Below, piece after piece: positions 57,301 through 62,522 of a DNA stretch of 62,522 nucleotides; the first letter of the stretch is position 1; every line of letters begins with the position of its first letter. The translations under genes were made by a program, and so were the position numbers. Source of the stretch: Phoronis australis (lineage: Eukaryota > Animalia > Phoronida); assembly GCA_002633005.1 (NCBI GenBank), contig NMRA01000259.1:216870-279391 (forward strand), read 5' to 3'. Under the pieces are notes generated by a model, which ran no database searches, was not told the DNA's origin, and saw nothing but the letters and a program-made list of their open reading frames with translations.

Positions 57301-59462
57301 TTTATGCATTCCGGTCTAGTTTTTCCACAAAGGACAGTGTTCGGCCAATTTCATAGTAAGTATCATGATATCAAGGAGTGGAAACACCGTTTGTGTAAGC
57401 ACCTCAGCCTTAGTCTATGCTCCAATTATTCCTGTTACTCCAGTCCCTGCCTAGCCGTACCAAATCCTCAGATTCGCATCCCTGAACTCAACACAGGCAC
57501 CGAAAATGCTATATATATATGAGGACGAAGTTCTGGGGACCAGATTCCTAAGACATGCCTTATATTCTAGCTGTGAATTAGGGGTGCGGCCTTGGAACTT
57601 AGTTACTGTAGTCCCTGGAAATGGAGCCTTTTCAGGGCATCTGTGCAGTTCAGAAGTGCAAATCTGCAGATTTTTACCACTGAGTTGGTATTTCCTGGTC
57701 CCCACCTGTATTTTACGGGACTGTACCTGGATTCTAATGGTGCCATTGTGGAACTGTTATTAGCAAAAATATATTTTTGTATAATGGCAGCGTTAATTTG
57801 CATATTTAAAAAACGCTTTAGGCTATCCAAGATTACAACACCAGCCAAAACATTTCAGGGGAGGCACCCAGACATGAAACAACAGAAAAATCTTTCTAGT
57901 TACCCATTTCTGGCTACAAGACTAAAAGTTTCCTTATTTGAGGGTGTACATGTTTATATGTTTTAAGCAGCAGACAAGCAAATTTTGGGCACTTTCTTGC
58001 TTCCCAGTCTTCCTCCATTTTCTCAAGGGACGACAAAACCGATACAACATGAACAAGTGGAAACCTTATTCTTTCCCAGAATTTACAAAGTCGATCGTGG
58101 TCTTTTCAGCAGGGAGGTATTTCTTAGGAAATCAAAAATCCCCGTACAACAAAAAACAGTAGGTGCAAAACTGATGAAAGCAATGCAGCAAAGCCAGACT
58201 TCACAAACGAAAACAAAAGTCAACTGAAAAATCCATTTGAATGTAAGGGGCACATCTCACATCCACTCACACGAGAACCTTGCCCTGTGACGTGTCCCTC
58301 CGAACATATATTTCACCCAACGCCCCCACACTCCTTTGCTCATTAACAGAGCCTGGCAGATACATTACCTTGTTGGAGTCTAAGTCGACCAACCAGACGT
58401 CATCAGGCACCTGGAAGTGTTTCTTATATAACAGGAAGCTGGCCGGTATACCAATGATGAATGGTGTAGGAGCAAGCAGCAGCTGAAAGGAGAGAGAAGG
58501 TGGACTTGTGATGGGCAGTGAACTTCACTGGACAAAGTTCTCCAGAACACTGTCACACTCTGCCAAACTAGGACAAACGTTTTGTTAGAATTATAGAGCA
58601 GTTAGGTTTAACATTTGATGCAATCAAATAGACATCTATATTTTTAGAAAACGTTTTATGTGATGTTATTACATCTGCATGCAAAATTGTAAAGTTTACT
58701 TTGAAATCAACTGTATTTGTTTTTTGTTCAAATTCATTTAACAACACATGCTCTGATCAGTCAGAGAGCGGAATTCTCAGCACCACCTGGAAGTGTTGGG
58801 GTAAACTAAACAATTAAGGGCTAGCCATAATTACATCAGACACATTTAACTCAGACAAAGTTTGACAAAAAACGCTATTTTATTGCGACTGAACTGCCAA
58901 ATAATTCTTGCAAGGTGATTATCTAAGTGTGGCAGAGCTTTGCCAGAGTCTGTCTAGTTAACATGTACTTTGAGAACTTGTAATACTAGTGAAGCAGGCG
59001 ACCAGAGTTAAGCAATCATGTTGATACAGTCTAACTTTATAAAACAATAAACTTCAACATTTCTGACATCGAAGTGCCACCCATAAGCCAAGAATAAAGG
59101 ATGCATTCAGTACAGTACAAGCTAGAAATATTCAAACAAAATGGACGCAGAATTCCCCCGTCATGACGACTGGGCAGAAGTTGAACTCATAGTCAGAATA
59201 GTGTTCCCTCATGTTGCCATGGTTACTGTCAGTCATTTTAGCTGTTAACAGAGTTGTAGCCATCATGATAAGGAAATGTTTTTGTCTGTCATTTTGCCTT
59301 GAATTGTAGTTTAAATTGTTTTTTGCTCACCTGTTCCGCAGCACTCATACACGTCGGCAGGAGAGGTATGACGGGGAACATGTACTCCATTGGATACAGC
59401 ATGGAGATGAACGCCATGACGCTCATTGACAAGGCGTTGTAGTCACGTGACTGGAGAATGAT
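6283..59462 (-). CDS. MADD: MAP kinase-activating death domain protein (DENN-domain Rab3/Rab27 GEF); multi-exon and 5'-partial, with the first exons beyond the window end
   Basis: 26 hand-spliced GT-AG exons in consistent phase (3732 nt). Hallmark MADD motifs include [113 protein letters not shown] and [11 protein letters not shown]. Confidence 0.98.
7707..8438 (+). repeat. Dispersed repeat family A, copy 2
   Basis: taggaccctagaagaatgttc...ggtcacatgg...aaaatcaaattctaca...ttggctaa. Confidence 0.7.
9331..9402 (-). CDS. MADD: Candidate alternative (proximal) terminal exon of MADD: [23 protein letters not shown]
   Basis: gtcttttgttgttaacag acceptor, phase 0, 23 codons + TGA; same hydrophobic register (A...V.S) as the canonical terminal exon. 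Confidence 0.55.
   Translation of the reverse strand, partial: GPLAVLAFHRVISVHLSLHSNAE
11004..11050 (-). CDS. MADD: MADD exon: (D)[15 protein letters not shown]
   Basis: 47 nt, ttttattcag / gtaagc, phase 1/0; corresponds to the ..V.S.KYK..M segment. Confidence 0.93.
11680..11752 (-). CDS. MADD: MADD exon: [24 protein letters not shown]
   Basis: 73 nt, cattttcag / gtaaga, phase 0/1. Confidence 0.95.
13449..13457 (-). CDS. MADD: Candidate 9-nt MADD microexon encoding DFE
   Basis: GACTTTGAG preceded by a long upstream CT tract ending ...ctctgggtgaag and followed by gtactt; phase 0/0 between ...FANSK and FFVEL... Confidence 0.6.
16032..16138 (-). CDS. MADD: MADD exon: (G)[35 protein letters not shown]
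   Basis: 107 nt, tttttatttcag / gtgaga, phase 1/0. Confidence 0.97.
16229..16354. mobile_element. Shorter, degenerate copy of the 29027-29226 palindromic MITE
   Basis: TTAA-GTCTG...ggccacatcacgtgacc...tctgaaaagattt...ggggcagaaatcttttcagacttatattcattaggtcac...accagac. Confidence 0.72.
17200..17420 (+). mobile_element. Degenerate tRNA-derived SINE-like sequence
   Basis: A-box-like TAGCTCAGT near 17203 and B-box GGTTCAAATCC at 17285-17295; no intact cloverleaf. Confidence 0.35.
19187..19228 (-). CDS. MADD: Candidate MADD cassette exon: (A)[13 protein letters not shown](G)
   Basis: 42 nt, long poly-T tract + gaag acceptor, ATG|gtaact donor, symmetric phase 1/1, open frame. Confidence 0.4.
19689..20024. 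mobile_element. Kolobok-like MITE
   Basis: TTAA-AGCTGCGTTTCAC ... GTGAAATGCAGCT-TAAA (12/13 inverted match, TTAA-type flanks). Confidence 0.55.
21450..21522 (-). CDS. MADD: MADD exon: [24 protein letters not shown](G)
   Basis: 73 nt, cattttag / gtaagt, phase 0/1; CRELY.CVK..ME.AA motif. Confidence 0.96.
25001..25039 (-). CDS. MADD: Candidate MADD alternative exon [13 protein letters not shown], a diverged duplicate of the preceding exon's last 13 codons
   Basis: 39 nt, ttcatctttgccgtag / AAG|gtgagg, phase 0/0; aligns without gaps to [13 protein letters not shown]. Confidence 0.55.
25142..25633 (+). repeat. Dispersed repeat family A, copy 3
   Basis: ggatcctagaaaaatt...ggtcacgtga...caaattctacagactttctacttt...ggcttaa. 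Confidence 0.65.
26626..26790 (-). CDS. MADD: MADD exon: [13 protein letters not shown]...[30 protein letters not shown]
   Basis: 165 nt, tttcag / gtaaat, phase 0/0. Confidence 0.97.
27162..27262. repeat. 25-bp minisatellite, 4 copies
   Basis: Unit aaaattgatctttatgtaatattac. Confidence 0.92.
27914..28021 (-). CDS. MADD: MADD exon: [36 protein letters not shown]
   Basis: 108 nt, tttccag / gtaagg, phase 0/0. Confidence 0.96.
28725..28941 (-). CDS. MADD: MADD exon (death-domain-like region): [20 protein letters not shown]...[23 protein letters not shown]
   Basis: 217 nt, ttttgtag / gtgagt, phase 2/0. Confidence 0.97.
29027..29226. mobile_element. 200-bp palindromic MITE (about 72-bp arms) with a tRNA-like spacer
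   Basis: GTCTGGTCTGCACGCCACCTGTCGGCCACATCACGTGACCTAATGAAC... mirrored by ...GTTCATTAGGTTACGTGATGTGGCCAACAGATGGCGTGTAGACCAGAC; flanked by TTAA and TGAA; GGTTCGAGTCC at 29137-29147. Confidence 0.8.
29725..29845 (-). CDS. MADD: MADD exon: (D)[39 protein letters not shown](R)
   Basis: 121 nt, ctttcag / gtaggg, phase 1/2. Confidence 0.97.
30374..30557 (-). CDS. MADD: MADD exon: AISHYTNK...[15 protein letters not shown]...RVYLFEGLI
   Basis: 184 nt, ctgcag / gtgagg, phase 0/1; RVYL.EGL motif. Confidence 0.93.
33175..33503 (-). CDS. MADD: MADD exon: (A)[11 protein letters not shown]...[14 protein letters not shown]
   Basis: 329 nt, cttacag / gtaatg, phase 1/0; conserved SVSDSE. Confidence 0.88.
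34808..34873 (-). CDS. MADD: Candidate MADD cassette exon: (G)[21 protein letters not shown]
   Basis: 66 nt, ttttctccaacacgacag / gtacac, symmetric phase 1/1, open frame, GC-rich island in an AT-rich intron. Confidence 0.55.
35879..35963 (-). CDS. MADD: MADD exon: [28 protein letters not shown]
   Basis: 85 nt, atttcag / gtatgc, phase 0/1. Confidence 0.85.
36738..36935 (-). CDS. MADD: MADD exon: [16 protein letters not shown]...[23 protein letters not shown]...SSR
   Basis: 198 nt, cttttccag / gtgagt, phase 0/0; VYKGML, GLGGMAS and LEIA.THY motifs. Confidence 0.95.
36987..37099. mobile_element. 113-bp MITE with 24-bp perfect TIRs and TA flanks (Tc1/mariner-type)
   Basis: TA-CAGCACACATCACGAATTTTTGTC ... 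GACAAAAATTCGTGATGTGTGCTG-TA. Confidence 0.8.
37341..37527 (-). other. MADD: Second identical copy of the [10 protein letters not shown] exon, probably a haplotype duplication from assembly
   Basis: Exon reads identical to 38424-38610. The duplicated block (about 37051-37544 vs 38132-38627) ends at a single N (37545), and the intron flanks differ by scattered SNPs and indels. Confidence 0.8.
38424..38610 (-). CDS. MADD: MADD exon: [46 protein letters not shown]...HIEDV (copy A)
   Basis: 187 nt, ttttag / gtaatt, phase 2/0; conserved [10 protein letters not shown]. Confidence 0.93.
39091..39211 (-). CDS. MADD: MADD exon: [18 protein letters not shown]...NTTH(S)
   Basis: 121 nt, ttgctag / gtgagg, phase 1/2; GNRR..IE.S.LVK resembles the MADD GNRRALV segment. 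Confidence 0.88.
39559..39733 (-). CDS. MADD: MADD exon: [20 protein letters not shown]...RPYAPL(G)
   Basis: 175 nt, cccttccag / gtagat, phase 0/1. Confidence 0.85.
40068..40260 (-). CDS. MADD: MADD exon: [22 protein letters not shown]...MRQRILS
   Basis: 193 nt, ctcttctcatccag / gtaagt, phase 2/0. Confidence 0.82.
40532..40794. repeat. 41-bp minisatellite, about 6 copies
   Basis: Unit aagaacacagacctgaaccaactatgcttatttggcctaat. Confidence 0.92.
41138..41187 (-). CDS. MADD: MADD exon: [16 protein letters not shown](S)
   Basis: 50 nt, ctttgcag / gtaagt, phase 0/2; needed to connect the phases of the flanking exons. Confidence 0.78.
42012..42214 (-). CDS. MADD: MADD exon, Ser/Asp-rich linker: (D)[25 protein letters not shown]...TPKNRN
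   Basis: 203 nt, ttgcag acceptor, phase 1/0; the gtaaat donor is less certain. Confidence 0.8.
42973..43647. repeat. 96-bp minisatellite, 7 copies, truncated at N 43648
   Basis: Unit aagactgccactgctctatcttgctaaggctggttacttcaagtcagtaagcat...acaaggtat; explains the 32-aa-periodic ORF 43025..43678. Confidence 0.95.
44405..44692. repeat. 96-bp minisatellite, 3 copies (second haplotype copy)
   Basis: Same unit, at the end of a block (43649-44692) that duplicates sequence starting at 42213. Confidence 0.92.
44724..44834 (-). CDS. MADD: MADD exon: (D)[36 protein letters not shown]
   Basis: 111 nt, ttgcag / gtcagt, phase 1/1; conserved SSSYSSL.DFV motif. Confidence 0.93.
46461..46509. repeat. Imperfect (AAC)n microsatellite
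   Basis: aacaacaacaacaaaaacaacaacaaaaacaacaacaacaacaacaac. Confidence 0.9.
47665..47784 (+). mobile_element. Fragment of CR1/L2-clade LINE ORF2 C-terminus
   Basis: Translates to [30 protein letters not shown]..., the typical GKRSF.Y....WNSL...IK end of CR1/L2 ORF2. Confidence 0.65.
48465..48684 (-). CDS. MADD: MADD exon: [17 protein letters not shown]...[12 protein letters not shown]...SDDVPT
   Basis: 220 nt, cctgtag / gtaggt, phase 0/1. Confidence 0.95.
48883..48960. other. Assembly gap (N run) inside a G/A-rich tract
   Basis: Run of N flanked by GGGA/GGGG-rich purine sequence (about 48847-49055). Confidence 0.95.
49252..49410 (-). CDS. MADD: MADD exon (dDENN): [28 protein letters not shown]...RLARTQ
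   Basis: 159 nt, ttacag / gtaagg, phase 0/0; inside ORF 49216..49431. Confidence 0.96.
50274..50447 (-). CDS. MADD: MADD exon: [15 protein letters not shown]...[22 protein letters not shown]
   Basis: 174 nt, ctttacag / gtatga, phase 0/0. Confidence 0.95.
51049..51129 (-). CDS. MADD: MADD exon: [27 protein letters not shown]
   Basis: 81 nt, ttgcag / gtaata, phase 0/0; matches the LP..PEPE....HL.Q segment. Confidence 0.93.
52355..52444 (+). mobile_element. Short 3'-end remnant of an L2/Crack-like non-LTR retrotransposon or derived SINE
   Basis: gaggacccctatggaaagcagtgtaaactgatggggctaccctc followed by a (TAAA)n-like tail; second copy at 793-880. Confidence 0.55.
54676..54912 (+). repeat. Dispersed repeat family B, copy 1
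   Basis: Shares aaaatg..gaatt..gtca.gacg.ctg.gcagaagt.gaa and attttagctgttaacaga blocks with 59138-59298. Confidence 0.55.
56542..57924. mobile_element. About 1.4-kb non-autonomous foldback element with long degenerate TIRs (Academ-like termini)
   Basis: TAGTCTAGTAG...CTACAAGACTA ends with AAA on both sides; about 190 bp of inverted similarity (about 56580-56770 vs 57725-57910); repeated internal ATGCAAAT(T)AAGGC motif. Confidence 0.65.
58369..58482 (-). CDS. MADD: MADD exon (cDENN): [38 protein letters not shown]
   Basis: 114 nt, cctttcag / gtaatg, phase 0/0; DENN APTP..IG and VDLD motifs. Confidence 0.96.
59138..59298 (+). repeat. Dispersed repeat family B, copy 2
   Basis: Shares the same blocks with 54676-54912. 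Confidence 0.55.
59331..59462 (-). CDS. MADD: MADD exon (cDENN): [44 protein letters not shown]
   Basis: 132 nt, tttttctag acceptor, gtgag donor, phase 0/0; close match to the MADD DENN domain. Confidence 0.96.
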
Positions 59463-62305
59463 CTAGAAAAAATACAACACAAGTGTCAGCAAGGGGAATG
59501 TCAGAAACTGGCACTAGAGGGGAACTGGGTTAGTCAGGGCAGGTCTGTTTACGAAAGGGCATAGCCCAGTCTCAGGAAATAAGCAACTGTTGGTCCTCTC
59601 TCCAAGACCAGAAATCCCTTCTCACGTGACAGCAATGAAAAAGATAAGGCCAGTTTAAGAAGGTTTTGGTAAGTGGTCCAAACCCAAAAGTAATATTATG
59701 AGAGGCTGAGGTTCGCAACTTTTAAGTTAACTTTATGTCTCTTCAAAACATTGTAAGAGCACAGAAAACTGTGATAAAAAATGCCAAACACAAAGCATCC
59801 AGTTTCAAATAAAACACACCAAAACAAAATCATTTGTCAGGCTCGTGACTAAAACCTACAAAATAACAAGCATTGGGGAGAAGAATGGTAAAAAACAGTT
59901 GGATAGCAACGACACAACACCCCCCNNNNNCCCCCCCCCCCCCCAAGTCCACACAATTGCCTACTTGCATCCACTCTGCCAAAGGCAAAATTAGATAGCC
60001 CAGCATCTAATGAGCCCCTAAACCACAGATATGCACTTGATTTCCGTTTACAAACTTCTCTTGCTCCAGCTACTAAACCTAAAATTGGCACCGTGAACAG
60101 TCTTTCACTTGGTACTGGGACAAAAATAATTGCTAAAATTGACGTGTTTTTTTTTCTCAAAGACAACGCATTTAGAAAATTAATGTTTAATACTTTATCA
60201 AATGTTGTTTAGACACAAATACATGATGCTAACGACGATGACAGAAGTTTATTTAAAATTATTTTTGAGAAGAAAATGATGAAATGAAACTCAGTCTAAT
60301 TTTCAGCACAATAGTTCTAAACGGAGAATTTTTACCTAAATTTGTTATACAACTCAAATTCATGCAAAATTTCCTTAAAATTGGTTGCAACCCTAACGTT
60401 TCACTTAAAAAAATAGTACAGGTGGTCTGACACATGTTGCATCAGGTGAGCACAGGCTTCTCAGCCGGGCACACTCCACCAAATACATGAATCAATTTTT
60501 CATTTACTTGAATCAAAAATATAACACATAAAGACATACACGAAAAATTAAGACGAAGCTGAGGAGTTAGAGAGCTGACTCAAAGGTCCAGTGGGATTCA
60601 AACCTAAGATCTTGTTAACAGAAAACATACACTCAGCCCACTAGGCAACACCGCCCCCTCTTAACATTTCAGAAGCTAACGACACAAATTCTGGACACTT
60701 AATCACTTAAAACAGCGACTATCTTAGTACAGCGGATTCAGCCCACCAAGAAATCAATAGAAAACGGATATTTCTAGTTGCTTCTGGTCAACAGAGGTTA
60801 TATGCAGAGAGACCAGAATGGATTGCAACACAATCCCAATTAATAACATTTTATTACAGTCTAGTATTAGCCAGCCCGATCATGACGATCATGACCCATG
60901 CGCTAGCGACATGATGCTGGATTACACCAATACTGTTTGCCTTATCACAAGACAGTTTGCCACAGTTTATTGATTTGGTTGGTAAAGCATACTATATTAT
61001 GAGAAAGATCCAAACTATGCATATTTCAGATGTTTAAGCGTAATTCAGCAGAAGTACTGCATCCAAAGGCATATGATACAAGGTGGCTAGCTATTATCAT
61101 AAACTTCTATCTTGTTAATTATGTCCACAGTGTAATCCATGGGCCTAGTTATAAAACTGATCACAAATAACGTGCCAGACTTGGCCAAGTGTAACATAAG
61201 TTATATCAAATTGTGAACTTAAAAGTTCCAGACAAAATGCATAATACTCTGAGTGCATTCTCAAGTAAACTTCACAGGTACGGGAAATGTTCGAGTAAGC
61301 GTTCCTAATGTGTTGGAGATTTTACTCAGAAATTTTTGGTCGTCACGCTTTCTAGAGTACCACTCGGAAAACTGCGAGAATAAGTGAAGATGCATAAAAG
61401 ATCAGGCCCATTTACAGACAATAATGCGATAACTGTTGTTAAATGTTATTAATTAGATCATTTAGAACAGCATGTTCTGTAGTTCAAGAAAATTCAAGTA
61501 CGGTACACATGCGCAAGTGTTATGCGACCGTAAAGTTGTGGATACTCACAACCTACACTGAAGGATGAAAAAGGGACGTCATTTTAGCAACTGTTTCTGT
61601 CCGAAATTAGCAACATTTTGCTGTAGGTCAGAGAGTTCAATGAGATCTCCAGCTTGTGTTGTTGATATCAAACTGGCCAGGCTAAGCAGGCTCAAAACAG
61701 TATTTATTCTTGACTGACAAGTTTTAAATTCAATTGAAAACATCTGTTACGTCCTCCCACCCATAAATTTCTACTACAGGTAAAGAGAAAACCAGACAGG
61801 TCAATGTAGGAATACACAAACCTTCCCATAGACAATATTCAAGGTCACCTGTTTGGTTTGTTTCATGTAACTGGTGCATGTTCCCATGCATTACATGAAA
61901 AAACTAGTCATGCAGCTGTCATCCACACCAACAGGGTGATTAGAAGGAACTAATCATCAATTCTCGCTGGCAATACATAACCGATTGCCGTGGTAACAGC
62001 CAGCATTATTTCCCAATTTGATCATATTTTGACAAAGTTAGACAGGAATAAATTGCATCGTTTGCTTCACAAGGACAGTCACTCCAACCCAAGTTGCCCC
62101 AGGTTGGGTGCAATGCTGCATACAAAGACACCTGCAGATAACGTCCATCATACCACTGGAAGGTTCTCATTGGGTCAAAATTCACGTGATTTTGACACTT
62201 TTTATTCGCCAATATTGTTTTTAGCACAGGAAATCATATTCTAATATAGCATGAAAATATTCAGACAAAACACCCAATAATAACATAGTATTTATCTGCA
62301 TTATG

Positions 62306-62522
62306 ATTAAACTGGCCACTCTCCATAACTTTAAACCCATCACTTGCTTGATTTCACTCCACATTGCAATTGATATTAAACTGGCCACTCTCCATAACTT
62401 TAAACCCATCACTTGCTTGATTTCACTCCACATTGCAATTGATATTAAACTGGCCACTCTCCTTAACTTTAAACCCATCACTTGCTTGATTTCACTCCAC
62501 ATTGCAATTGATATTAAACTGG
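62306..62522. repeat. 69-bp minisatellite, at least 3 copies, running off the window end
   Basis: Unit attaaactggccactctccataactttaaacccatcacttgcttgatttcactccacattgcaattgat; explains the 23-aa-periodic ORF 62221..62502. Confidence 0.93.

Noticed and set aside
62221-62502. 93-aa ORF with 23-aa periodicity
   Set aside because: Translation of a 69-bp minisatellite.

Overview
Eukaryotic, AT-rich, intron-rich animal DNA, probably a marine invertebrate from a heterozygous draft assembly (inference; the organism cannot be identified from the sequence alone). Almost the whole window is the 3' three-quarters of one minus-strand gene, MADD (MAP kinase-activating death domain protein / DENN-domain Rab3/Rab27 GEF, ortholog of aex-3 / Rab3-GEF). 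I reconstructed 26 core exons by hand from 59462 down to the TAG stop at 6283. All have GT-AG junctions in consistent phase and total 3732 nt (1243 aa + stop). The 5' exons (uDENN and start of cDENN) lie beyond the right edge. The most interesting signal is a set of tiny alternative exons that the ORF track cannot show: a second, homologous terminal exon (9331-9402), a 9-nt DFE microexon (13449-13457), a 39-nt exon that is a diverged copy of the last 13 codons of the preceding exon (25001-25039), and frame-preserving 18-, 42-, 66- and 72-nt cassette candidates. Introns contain non-autonomous transposon derivatives (5-bp-TSD MITE, TTAA-flanked palindromes with a tRNA-like spacer, TA-TSD MITE, Academ-like foldback, Kolobok-like MITE, L2/CR1 fragments) and several minisatellites. 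Two apparent tandem duplications, each joined at a single N, are most likely unmerged haplotypes. There are no rRNA genes, intact tRNA genes, CRISPR arrays or prokaryotic systems, and I found no evidence of a wholly new biological system. Homology statements rest on my recall of MADD sequences, not on a database search.
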